Positions 37,538-46,490 of a stretch of 64,000 nucleotides of DNA are shown here, piece after piece. The notes below the pieces were generated by a model that saw nothing but the letters and a program-made list of their open reading frames with translations, was not told where the DNA came from and searched no databases. Positions within the stretch are counted from its first letter, which is position 1, and every line of letters begins with the position of its first letter. This stretch comes from an uncultured Gammaproteobacteria bacterium. GTDB taxonomy: Bacteria; Patescibacteriota; Patescibacteriia; VMEV01; CAZAJQ01. The stretch lies in contig CAZAJQ010000002.1 of assembly GCA_964485795.1 (NCBI GenBank), positions 65,043 to 129,042 on the forward strand, given 5' to 3'. A program made the position numbers and the translations under genes.

Positions 37538-37602
37538 GATAAGGCTCCTTTATTAAAAAAATTCTTAAACAACTACCCATTAAGTATTCAACATATATAG
37601 CA

Positions 37603-38739
37603 CTATCCGGCTATATTCTTCAAGCTTTCCACGATCACCCCTCCCCCGATCAGCTTCTCGCCTTTATAGAAAACCGCCGACTGGCCGGGCATGACGGCAC
37701 GCTGGGGGCTATCGAATTCAATGCGATACCGCCCGTCTCCAAGCTTTTCCATCACGAACGCCGGCTCGCGATGATGATATCGGATGGAGCAGATCACCGA
37801 CATGGGAAGAATCGGCAGTTTTCCGTCAATCCAATTTGTGGATTCGCAAACCAAAGTTTTTGAAAACAGCTTGGGATCATTGCGATCATAGGAAACTTCA
37901 AGGATATTGTCATCGTAATTCAGACCAACCACATACATCGGCCCGATACCGCCAAGCTTGATTCCTTTTCTCTGTCCGAGCGTATAGAGCGGCAAACCGT
38001 CATGCTTTCCGACAACATGGCCATTGCTATCAAGAATATCTCCGGGTACGAGCACAAGATGACGCTTCAAAAATGGATACTGATCTTTTTCTTTGTAAAA
38101 ACACACTTCCTGACTGTCCGGCTTTTTTGCGGTCGGGAGGCAATAGTCTTCGGCCAGTTTGCGAACTTCGGTTTTTCTAAAATTGCCGAGGGGAAACAGG
38201 ATACGCTTCATCTGACTTTGCGTGAAATGATACATGAAATACGACTGATCTTTTTTCTCGTCAATGCCGCGAAGCAAAGCATGGCTCCCATCGGATTCCT
38301 TTCTGATGCGCGCATAATGACCGGTCGCGACGGCATCGCAGCCGAGCTCATCGGCACGATTGAGAAACTCGCCGAATTTCACGAATTGATTGCAATTCAG
38401 GCATGGATTGGGTGTCAATCCGCTTTGGTATTTGCGAATGAAGTCATCCACGACTTTTTCCTTGAACGTTTTTCGAAAATTAAGCGTGTAAAGCGGAAAC
38501 CCGTACGAATGAGCGATTCTTCGAGCCCCTTCATAGGCGTCCAGATCGCAACATTTATTTTGAGCCGAATCCATCGTCAAAGTGTCAAATTTCACATCCG
38601 CGGAGTCCAAGGATTCCTCCCAAAATTTCATAAAGATGCCGACCAAATCATGCCCTTTTCCAGCAAGCATCGCGGCAACGACGGAGCTGTCCACTCCGCC
38701 CGACATGGCCACGAGAATTTTCTTTCGAGCTCTTCCACT
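37603..38739 (-). CDS. mnmA: tRNA-specific 2-thiouridylase
   Basis: KILVAMSGGVDSSVVAAML PP-loop, catalytic Cys residues and the C-terminal beta-barrel. Start set at the MSGRARKK internal Met. Confidence 0.9.
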   Translation of the reverse strand, partial: SGRARKKILVAMSGGVDSSVVAAMLAGKGHDLVGIFMKFWEESLDSADVKFDTLTMDSAQNKCCDLDAYEGARRIAHSYGFPLYTLNFRKTFKEKVVDDFIRKYQSGLTPNPCLNCNQFVKFGEFLNRADELGCDAVATGHYARIRKESDGSHALLRGIDEKKDQSYFMYHFTQSQMKRILFPLGNFRKTEVRKLAEDYCLPTAKKPDSQEVCFYKEKDQYPFLKRHLVLVPGDILDSNGHVVGKHDGLPLYTLGQRKGIKLGGIGPMYVVGLNYDDNILEVSYDRNDPKLFSKTLVCESTNWIDGKLPILPMSVICSIRYHHREPAFVMEKLGDGRYRIEFDSPQRAVMPGQSAVFYKGEKLIGGGVIVESLKNIAG

Positions 38740-38928
38740 CATATATAAAAAATCGAAACTTTTGAGTTTCGCTTTTAAACAGCTTAAATTAGAATATTTG
38801 CGTTTGGAAGTCAACTTTTCTAGAGACAGTCTCAAGAATCTCGCGCAATGGTGAATTTAAAACCTCATAAGAGGCTGCATAACCCAAGACCGTTCGAGGT
38901 TTGCCATCGAGAAGTGCTTGCACACGCT

Positions 38929-39348
38929 TCACTTATCGGCGCTCATCCGATCCAGCGCTTCATTCACCAGCGTATCCGCATGCTTATTTTTTTCCCGCGG
39001 AATATGATGGAACCGAACTTTTTTGAAATTCGAAAGAAAATTCCAAACCTCAAGATAGATGACCGCGATATCCGGATGTTTCACCCTGTACACTCGCTTC
39101 AGCTGCTTCACCACGAGCAAGGAGTCCAAAAAACAATCCACCTCCTCGGCTCCCAGTTCTTTCGCTTTATGCAGTCCTGCAAGGAGCGCCCGATACTCGG
39201 CCTGATTGTTCGTCGTGCTCCCGATATATTTTGAAACCGTCGCAACGACCTCATTTGTTTTGCCGTCCGATATCACCGCCCCGATCCCGGCCGGCCCGGG
39301 ATTTCCCCTCGCTCCTCCGTCAGAAAAAATTACGACTTTTTTATGCAT
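38929..39348 (-). CDS. rnhA: Ribonuclease HI
   Basis: VVIFSDGGARGNPGPAGIGAV...NNQAEYRALLAGL...DSLLVV...HIPREKNKHADTL. RNase H type-1 DEDD motifs. Confidence 0.85.
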   Translation of the reverse strand: MHKKVVIFSDGGARGNPGPAGIGAVISDGKTNEVVATVSKYIGSTTNNQAEYRALLAGLHKAKELGAEEVDCFLDSLLVVKQLKRVYRVKHPDIAVIYLEVWNFLSNFKKVRFHHIPREKNKHADTLVNEALDRMSADK

Positions 39349-39379
39349 ATCTTCTCCGTCAAAAAAAAATCACAAAACA

Positions 39380-41125
39380 TCACTTTGAAGATGTCCCCGA
39401 TACCTTTCTCATATCGATGATCTTGAGCTGCAATTCCCGATTGCCGTTCCATTCATTCACATCAATCTCATACACGATATCCACCGTATCGCCAGCAGCA
39501 AGCATGCCGACCCAATGCCCGAGCTGAAAACCGATGCATTTTCTTTTCGCTTTCCCGTCGGTAAGCGTCATTTGCAAATGCTTCTGATCTTTTCCCACGG
39601 CGCGAACCGTATCAAGTGACAATCCATAGCTAACAAACTTGATGGGAGGATTGGCTTCTCCGAAGGGTTCGAACTTTTTGACCTCATCATAGGTTGTCCA
39701 GCTAATGTCGGAAAACGGCAATTCAAAATCTATGCCGATCTCCGGTATGAGATCCTTGCCGGAAAGCTGCCGTTTGGCTTCAGCAAGCATTCGTTCATGA
39801 AATTTTTCAAACGAAGCGTCCGACGCCAAGCTGAATCCGCAGGCGGCTTTATGTCCGCCGAATTTCGCGAGCATGTCCTTTTGATGCGTGATGGCCATGA
39901 TGCAATCGTATCCCTTGATGCCTCTTCCCGACCCGGCGATGAACTCATTGAGATTGCCCAAAATATAAGTGGGGCGATAAAATCTTTCGGCTACCTTTCC
40001 GGCAACAAGCCCAGCAAGTCCGATATTCCAATGTTTTTTATACAGCAAAATCGCAGGAGCGTCCGCATCATACGACTTCATCTCCAAAAGCACCTCTTCA
40101 AACATCTGATCGGTGGTCGCTTTTCTTTTTTGATTGTTCTCTTCGATTTTTTGAGCCAAATCATACGCGGTATTCGGATCCTCGCTCATCAGCAGCTCAT
40201 ACGCGAGACTGGCATGATCCATCCTTCCGGCGGCATTGATGCGAGGAGCCACGGCAAAAGCGATATGGTATGTGCTCACCGTGTCTTTTTCGGGATGCAA
40301 TTTCACACCCGCATTGTTGAGCAAATAACGAAGCCCCAGACGACGCGTCTTGTGCAAGACGATGAGCCCATACTTCACCAAGGTGCGATTTTCGCCGACC
40401 AGCGGAACCAGATCGGCCACCGTGCCGATCGCGGCCAAATCAAGCAGCCACTTTTCAAATGCCCTACAGGCAGCGACTTCGGTCTCGTCCGCTTCGCACG
40501 ATCGAAGCAGCAGCCCCTGCGCAAGCTTGAACGCCACTCCGGCACCGGCCAATTTTTTAAATGGATACTTCTCTCCGGAAACTTGGGGATGAAGTGTCAG
40601 ACAATCCGGCAATACCTCCGGAGGATGGTGATGATCCGTCACCATCACCGTCATGCCCATCTCCTTCGCCAACGCTATTTCTTTTTCATTGCTAATGGCG
40701 CAGTCAACCGTGATGATGTGTCGCGTTCCTTTGTCCCTGAGATACTCAAGCGCCTTCACGTTCAAACCGTATCCTTCCTTCTCCCGATGCGGCAGGTAAG
40801 CGTCAACCTCGGCTCCCAGCTTTTTGAGCGTGCTGACAAGGATCACGGTTCCGCTCACACCGTCGGCATCATAGTCTCCATACACTGTTATTTTTTCATG
40901 TTTGCGGATGGCGTCAAAAATATGCGCGACGCATTTTTCCATCTGCGAAAACAAAAAAGGATGATGGATGTCCAAAGCGTAATCCGCGTTCATGAATTCA
41001 TCCACCTGCTCCTGCGTTTTGAGATCGCGATCGTAGAGAAGCTGCAAAACGAGCGGCTGAATTTCGGGAAATCGGAGTCGAAATTCCTCGGGAGCCTGTG
41101 TTTTGATAATCCACTTTTTTTCCAT
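39380..41125 (-). CDS. recJ: Single-stranded-DNA-specific exonuclease RecJ
   Basis: DHH (ITVYGDYDADGVSG...VTDHHHP) and DHHA1 domains, plus a C-terminal OB fold. 581 aa. Confidence 0.9.
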   Translation of the reverse strand: MEKKWIIKTQAPEEFRLRFPEIQPLVLQLLYDRDLKTQEQVDEFMNADYALDIHHPFLFSQMEKCVAHIFDAIRKHEKITVYGDYDADGVSGTVILVSTLKKLGAEVDAYLPHREKEGYGLNVKALEYLRDKGTRHIITVDCAISNEKEIALAKEMGMTVMVTDHHHPPEVLPDCLTLHPQVSGEKYPFKKLAGAGVAFKLAQGLLLRSCEADETEVAACRAFEKWLLDLAAIGTVADLVPLVGENRTLVKYGLIVLHKTRRLGLRYLLNNAGVKLHPEKDTVSTYHIAFAVAPRINAAGRMDHASLAYELLMSEDPNTAYDLAQKIEENNQKRKATTDQMFEEVLLEMKSYDADAPAILLYKKHWNIGLAGLVAGKVAERFYRPTYILGNLNEFIAGSGRGIKGYDCIMAITHQKDMLAKFGGHKAACGFSLASDASFEKFHERMLAEAKRQLSGKDLIPEIGIDFELPFSDISWTTYDEVKKFEPFGEANPPIKFVSYGLSLDTVRAVGKDQKHLQMTLTDGKAKRKCIGFQLGHWVGMLAAGDTVDIVYEIDVNEWNGNRELQLKIIDMRKVSGTSSK

Positions 41126-41275
41126 AGACGATACAAAAAAAATACTCTTTCAACGCCTTTTGAAGCTATTTGTTCATCCCAGCAACGGAGCGATGGTAAA
41201 AATAATCATCGAGGCGATCATGATGATGACGATGCATTTCCACAATTTCTCCGCAAATTTTTTTTTCATAATCGT

Positions 41276-43060
41276 TCACCTTTTCAATACCGACAAAAAA
41301 ACATCGGGCGGTATATCCACCTTTCCTTGTCCCATTTCTTTCATCTTTTTTTTGCCCTTTTTCTGCTTTTCAAGCAATTTTCTCTTACGCGTCACATCGC
41401 CTCCGTAGAGTTTTGCGATCACATCTTTTCTCATCGCCGGAATGCGAGCGGCGGCGATGACTTTTGACCCGATGGCCGCTTGTAATTTTACTTCAAAAAG
41501 TTGCTTGGGTAAAACGGTTTTCAGCTTTTCCACGACTCTTTTTCCCGAATAATAAGCGTCGTCACGATACACAATGCTCGCCAATGCGTCCACGACTTCT
41601 TCGGCGATGAGGATATCGAGACGGATCACATCCGAAATCTGGTAATGGGAAAATTCATAGTTCAAAGATGCATAGCCTGAGGTGGCGGATTTGAGAATAT
41701 CGTAAAAATCCACCAGCAATGAAGAAAGCGGCAATTCATAGTGCAGGATGGCGCGCTCCTCGAGAACGTATTCGGTGGTGAGATACTTACCCCTTTTTTC
41801 GGCCACAAACGGCATGATATTCCCGACATACTTGCTGGGAGTGATGATGTCCACTTTCATGATCGGTTCTTCGATATGTTCGATCTGAGATGGATCGGGT
41901 AATTCTTGGGGCGAACGAATCGTCATGTTTTCACCGTTGGTTTTCACCACCTTGTACGCCACCGACGGAACCGTGATGATGAGATCAAGCCCAAATTCGC
42001 GTTTGAGTCTTTCTTGGAAAATTTCCAAATGCAACAACCCCAAAAATCCGCATCGAAAACCAAATCCCAAAGCGGGCGAATGCTCGGGTTCGTAGAGTAA
42101 AGACGCGTCCGTGAGTTTGAGTTTTTCTATTCCTTCGCGCAAAAATTCAAAGGCGCTTCCTTCTTTGGGAAATACTCCGGCAAAAACCATGGATTTTATT
42201 TCTTTGTATCCGGATAATGCTTCAGATACTCGGGGTGCGGCGATCGTATCTCCCACGCGGCAATCTCCGACCGCTTTCATGCCGGTCACGACATAGCCTA
42301 TTTCTCCGGATACGAGGCGCTCGCATTTTTTTCGATCGGGTTTGAAATACCCGACTTCCAAGACTTCGGCCTCTTTGGCGTTTGCCATGAATTTCACCCT
42401 GTCTCCTCGGCGAATGGAGCCGTCGACCACCCTGACATACGCGATCACACCCTGATAATCATCAAAGTAGGAATCAAAAATCAATGCTCTCGCCGGCTTT
42501 TCATCGGCCGCTTCCGGGGGGGGCACATGCTTCACAACCGCCGAAAGAACGGCCTCCACGTTTTTTCCTGTTTTCGCGGAAATTTTTACGATCTCATCTT
42601 CGGTGAAACCCAGCAATTTCTGCACTTCGCTCACCACGCGAGGAACATCGGCGGCCGGGAGGTCGATTTTATTGATCACCGGAATGATGGAGAGATTTTG
42701 ATCCAGCGCCAGATACAGGTTTGCAAGAGTTTGTGCCTGTATGCCCTGCGTCGCGTCAATAAGCAGCACGGCTCCTTCCACGGCCGCGAGCGAGCGAGAC
42801 ACCTCATAGGAAAAATCCACATGACCCGGCGTATCGATGAGATTGAGAATATACTCTTGACCGTCAAGCGAATATTCCATGCGCACGGGTTGCAGCTTGA
42901 TGGTAATGCCGCGTTCCCTCTCCAGATCCATGGAATCCAGCACCTGTTCCTTCATATGCCGCTTATCCACCGTACCCGTGATTTCCAAAAGCCTATCAGC
43001 CAAGGTGGATTTACCGTGGTCGATATGGGCTATGATGCAGAAATTGCGAATATTCGTCAT
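41276..43060 (-). CDS. lepA: Elongation factor 4 (LepA)
   Basis: [25 protein letters not shown]...DTPGHVDF...NKID. GTPase motifs plus the LepA C-terminal domain. 594 aa. Confidence 0.95.
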   Translation of the reverse strand: MTNIRNFCIIAHIDHGKSTLADRLLEITGTVDKRHMKEQVLDSMDLERERGITIKLQPVRMEYSLDGQEYILNLIDTPGHVDFSYEVSRSLAAVEGAVLLIDATQGIQAQTLANLYLALDQNLSIIPVINKIDLPAADVPRVVSEVQKLLGFTEDEIVKISAKTGKNVEAVLSAVVKHVPPPEAADEKPARALIFDSYFDDYQGVIAYVRVVDGSIRRGDRVKFMANAKEAEVLEVGYFKPDRKKCERLVSGEIGYVVTGMKAVGDCRVGDTIAAPRVSEALSGYKEIKSMVFAGVFPKEGSAFEFLREGIEKLKLTDASLLYEPEHSPALGFGFRCGFLGLLHLEIFQERLKREFGLDLIITVPSVAYKVVKTNGENMTIRSPQELPDPSQIEHIEEPIMKVDIITPSKYVGNIMPFVAEKRGKYLTTEYVLEERAILHYELPLSSLLVDFYDILKSATSGYASLNYEFSHYQISDVIRLDILIAEEVVDALASIVYRDDAYYSGKRVVEKLKTVLPKQLFEVKLQAAIGSKVIAAARIPAMRKDVIAKLYGGDVTRKRKLLEKQKKGKKKMKEMGQGKVDIPPDVFLSVLKR

Positions 43061-43132
43061 GGAATCTCAAAAAAATGTGCCATTCAAGGAAAAATATGGA
43101 TTTACACTAACAAATAAAATCATAAAAAAGAA

Positions 43133-43176
43133 GAGGTCGTGCATGTTTAATTTTGGATTGAATACGGCACGACCTC
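43133..43176 (-). terminator. Putative terminator (10-bp stem GAGGTCGTGC/GCACGACCTC, large loop, U-run on minus strand)
   Basis: Inverted repeat read from the sequence, followed on the minus strand by cttctttttt. Lies downstream of the 43203-43538 gene. Confidence 0.4.
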
Positions 43177-43202
43177 AAAAAAAGGTTGAATAAAATGATT
43201 TC

Positions 43203-43538
43203 TTAGGCGTCAGTAACTTCCATCGCTTCAAACACCTTGTATTGCAGCGGATTTCTGACAATAAGTTTATTCCTCTCCAGCGCCATCTTCAGGAGTTTCA
43301 TCTGAAGAGGTTTCCCTACGGAAATTTCGAGTTGACATTCGCCATCATCACAATAAGCGAAGATTCCTTCATTGCAAAGACTCGATCCTGCATACCCGCG
43401 CTGAATCTTTAAAAGAAAAACACTTCCCGTCTTCTCCACGAGGATTTTCATGCATGTGATCGAATAGACAACGTCTTCTTTAACAGAAAATCGCTTCTGT
43501 TCCCCTACCCTGAAAAAAAACTCAGTTTCCGAATTCAT
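43203..43538 (-). CDS. Hypothetical protein (111 aa from internal Met)
   Basis: ORF in the operon orientation downstream of the ligase-like membrane protein. No confident family (PilZ-like considered, not supported). Confidence 0.3.
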   Translation of the reverse strand: MNSETEFFFRVGEQKRFSVKEDVVYSITCMKILVEKTGSVFLLKIQRGYAGSSLCNEGIFAYCDDGECQLEISVGKPLQMKLLKMALERNKLIVRNPLQYKVFEAMEVTDA

Positions 43539-43629
43539 CTTTATTTCCTTTCCAACCGTTGAAAAATAAGAAAACATTCGAGCACAACAAGAAAAAAATA
43601 TACCATGAAATTCGATAGCGTACAACCTT

Positions 43630-45189
43630 TCATGCCTCCCTTTCCACATCGATCAAAAGTTTTCTCTCGATAATCACGGCAACCGCCATCACATATGCGA
43701 TGCCCAGCGGATGATTCAGGTAGGGCGTGAACATATGCACCGCAAGCAAAGCAAAAAAACTCAAAAGCATTCCAAAAAGATACGCCACGAATTCTTGATT
43801 TCCGCGCTTCTCGGCCGCAAAAAATTGCCGTACGCCTCGATAGCCTATTGCGCAAAGGAAGGTCAAATAGGCCATCATGCCCAAGAAACCCATTTTCAGC
43901 CATTGATCCAAATACCCCCATTCAAAAGCCGACGTCGTGATCACCCCGCTTCCGCCGGTTTGTTTGCGAACGGTCGGGTCATTGGAAACATAGGTGACGG
44001 CAGCGCCGAACCCTTTACCGAAAAAAAATTTCCCCGAAATCGAATTCCAAAGCGGCGGAAGCATCTGAAAACGGGTTGACAGCGCGGCCTCATCTTCATA
44101 GCCAAAGGCTCGGCTGGAAAAAACGTCCAATGCGTTGAAATCTTTTGCCGAAGGAATGGGAAATTTCACGGTAATCACGATCAGAATCAAAGCTAAAAAA
44201 ATGGTGGAAAAAATCAAACATCCTTGCAAAAAAATCCCTTTCCAAAACGATTTTGAATACCATGAAAAAATGATGATCCAAACCAGCGACGCCGCAAGCC
44301 CCGCGACCCAAAAACTTCTCGAAAAACTCATGAGCAGGACGGCTCCAAAAATCACCATGTGGCCATACCAAAAAAGCTGAACGCCGCTTAATCGCAGTGA
44401 TGCCTTTTTTACCTGCGGGAGAATATAAAAAACGCTGACGCAAACGGTGAGTATGAAAAATATCATCAAAGCATATATTTGGCTTTGGAAAAAAATGCGA
44501 TAAAAGGGCTCTTGCACTTTTGTGATTTCTCCCACGCGGGTATCTCTCACCCATGTATAGACGATTTTTAATATCGGGAGAAAAAAGGGATGTGAAAACA
44601 GATACAGCAAAACGAACATTTTTAAAATACCTCCCCACAAAGCTCCCAAAAGAACGGAAAGAAAAGTTTTCAAGCGATCTATTGAGATAAACGTTTCAAA
44701 AAGGGGGAAAAAATATGCATAATACAAAAATCCGTTTACATCAAAAAAAATCTCCCGCCTGTCGTTTCCGCTCAAAAATCCGTTGATGACACCCCATATC
44801 AAAAAAAGAAAAAAAATACCGGAGAAGATTATAGGCACTCGCAATGATGAATTTAACAATCGAGGAAATGATAGAAACGATTGATATTTTCGATCGAGGA
44901 GAAATCTTACAAACCAAATACCCATCACGCAAACAAAGATTCCCACTCGCAAAGAAAGCGAAACCCCACCGACGTTGAGCGCCAGCACATACCCCCATGA
45001 TCCGATCATCAGCTCGGTAAAGGCGGCGTAGAGTCCATATTCGAGGCGACGCAATGCGGCGCAAACGACGGCGACGATGACAGCGACAAAAAAATACGGT
45101 TCCAAAACCGGTACGATATGCGCCAAGAGTGAAATCACTTCCACGCAAACGACGCCGAGAAAACTCAGCAACATGATTTTCTTTTTCAT
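43630..45189 (-). CDS. Polytopic membrane protein, O-antigen ligase/polymerase-like (Wzy_C-type)
   Basis: About 12 predicted TM helices and a large periplasmic loop. Sits beside a GT4 glycosyltransferase and a Wzx flippase. Confidence 0.45.
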   Translation of the reverse strand: MKKKIMLLSFLGVVCVEVISLLAHIVPVLEPYFFVAVIVAVVCAALRRLEYGLYAAFTELMIGSWGYVLALNVGGVSLSLRVGIFVCVMGIWFVRFLLDRKYQSFLSFPRLLNSSLRVPIIFSGIFFLFLIWGVINGFLSGNDRREIFFDVNGFLYYAYFFPLFETFISIDRLKTFLSVLLGALWGGILKMFVLLYLFSHPFFLPILKIVYTWVRDTRVGEITKVQEPFYRIFFQSQIYALMIFFILTVCVSVFYILPQVKKASLRLSGVQLFWYGHMVIFGAVLLMSFSRSFWVAGLAASLVWIIIFSWYSKSFWKGIFLQGCLIFSTIFLALILIVITVKFPIPSAKDFNALDVFSSRAFGYEDEAALSTRFQMLPPLWNSISGKFFFGKGFGAAVTYVSNDPTVRKQTGGSGVITTSAFEWGYLDQWLKMGFLGMMAYLTFLCAIGYRGVRQFFAAEKRGNQEFVAYLFGMLLSFFALLAVHMFTPYLNHPLGIAYVMAVAVIIERKLLIDVEREA

Positions 45190-46391
45190 GTGACGATGGA
45201 CTCAATATGTCTCATGATGGGTTCCATTCTTTTTTCCCAGGTATGCTCCCTCATTTGTTCGCGCCGCATCAGCCTCTTGTCTTCCGAATCGGTTTCAAAA
45301 GCCACGCGGATATTGGCCAAAAACTCATCATGTCCGTCGGAAAGGTAAACGAGGTTCGCAAAACGCGTGAGAGAATCAGATCGGGTCGCCACCACCGGTT
45401 TTCCGCAGGCGAGGTAATCGTAGAGTTTCATGGGATCCATTGACTCGCAAAAAGCGGAGTTTTTATGCGGTATGATGGCCACGTCAAACGCGTTGATCAA
45501 TGCGACTGCGGAAACGTATGGCACTCTTCCGGGAAAAAAAACGTTTTCATACCCACCCAGCTCACGATTCACTTCATCGGCGACGGTTTTCCAAATTTCT
45601 CCGGCGATGATAAAGGCAAATTCGGGATAACGCAAAACGGCCTGCTTTACCAAAGCTATGTCAAAACGTTCCTGGACATTGCCCACATAACCGACGACGG
45701 TTCTTTTTTTCCCGGCAATATCAAACGGATTGATATGAAATAATTTCTCAAGCTCTTCATGAGCATTATTTTTGCATGCGCTTGCAAACGCTTTCACATC
45801 CACGCCATTGGGAGAGAAAAAGGCTCTTGAATGTCCATGAAATTTTTCAAGAAGCCTCTTGGAAACCGTAAAAATCACGTCGGATCTTTTTGCGATCACA
45901 TCGTAATTTTTTGATAATTCCTTTTTATACTTCTTATAATTGGGATGCAGCGACCAGTCGTCCACGGCATGAAAGACAAATTTCGCATCCGGAAAAGCAT
46001 CGAAATAATCGATATACAGAGGATTGTATGACCATACCACTGGCGGCTCATCCCATTTTTTTGCATACTCGACGGCCAAGCGATCCGAAAATCCGGTGGA
46101 AAAAACGATTTTTTCGTTTCTTCGACCGAATATATGCGCGGGAAAATACAATTGACCCGACGCATTTCCCATAAGATAGCCATCCTTTCTGACATACATG
46201 CGATCCAAAAAAAACATCCGAAATTTTCTTTCCAATGAAAACGGAAGAAAATCAATGGCAAGGATATGCGTCACTTCATCTCGTTTCGAGAGTTCGGAGA
46301 GTATCTGCCGATTGCAATTGACGACACCCTTTTCCCAATCCGAAGCCGGAGACATATTGTACATCACGATATTCATAGCCGTGGAAATCAT
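45186..46391 (-). CDS. Glycosyltransferase, GT4 family (glycos_transf_1)
   Basis: C-terminal GT-B motifs (GYVGNV...FIIAGE...NVFFPGRV...CGKPVVAT) with the conserved E. Confidence 0.8.
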   Translation of the reverse strand: MISTAMNIVMYNMSPASDWEKGVVNCNRQILSELSKRDEVTHILAIDFLPFSLERKFRMFFLDRMYVRKDGYLMGNASGQLYFPAHIFGRRNEKIVFSTGFSDRLAVEYAKKWDEPPVVWSYNPLYIDYFDAFPDAKFVFHAVDDWSLHPNYKKYKKELSKNYDVIAKRSDVIFTVSKRLLEKFHGHSRAFFSPNGVDVKAFASACKNNAHEELEKLFHINPFDIAGKKRTVVGYVGNVQERFDIALVKQAVLRYPEFAFIIAGEIWKTVADEVNRELGGYENVFFPGRVPYVSAVALINAFDVAIIPHKNSAFCESMDPMKLYDYLACGKPVVATRSDSLTRFANLVYLSDGHDEFLANIRVAFETDSEDKRLMRREQMREHTWEKRMEPIMRHIESIVT

Positions 46392-46490
46392 CGTTTGCTG
46401 AGCCGATCATTTCGGATATCCATTCCTTTGCAGAAAAAAGCATATGCGAAACATTCCGGAGAAGAGATTTTAAATTCAATCGTTATAGAA

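Noticed and set aside
39797-41467. 556-aa plus-strand ORF
   Set aside because: Antisense to recJ and the lepA 3' end. The translation is Arg/His-rich and lacks motifs. Spurious.
43203-43649. PilZ (c-di-GMP-binding) assignment for the 111-148-aa protein
   Set aside because: Only vague resemblance (an R..KR stretch, TGSVF) to the RxxxR / DxSxxG motifs. Insufficient to call.
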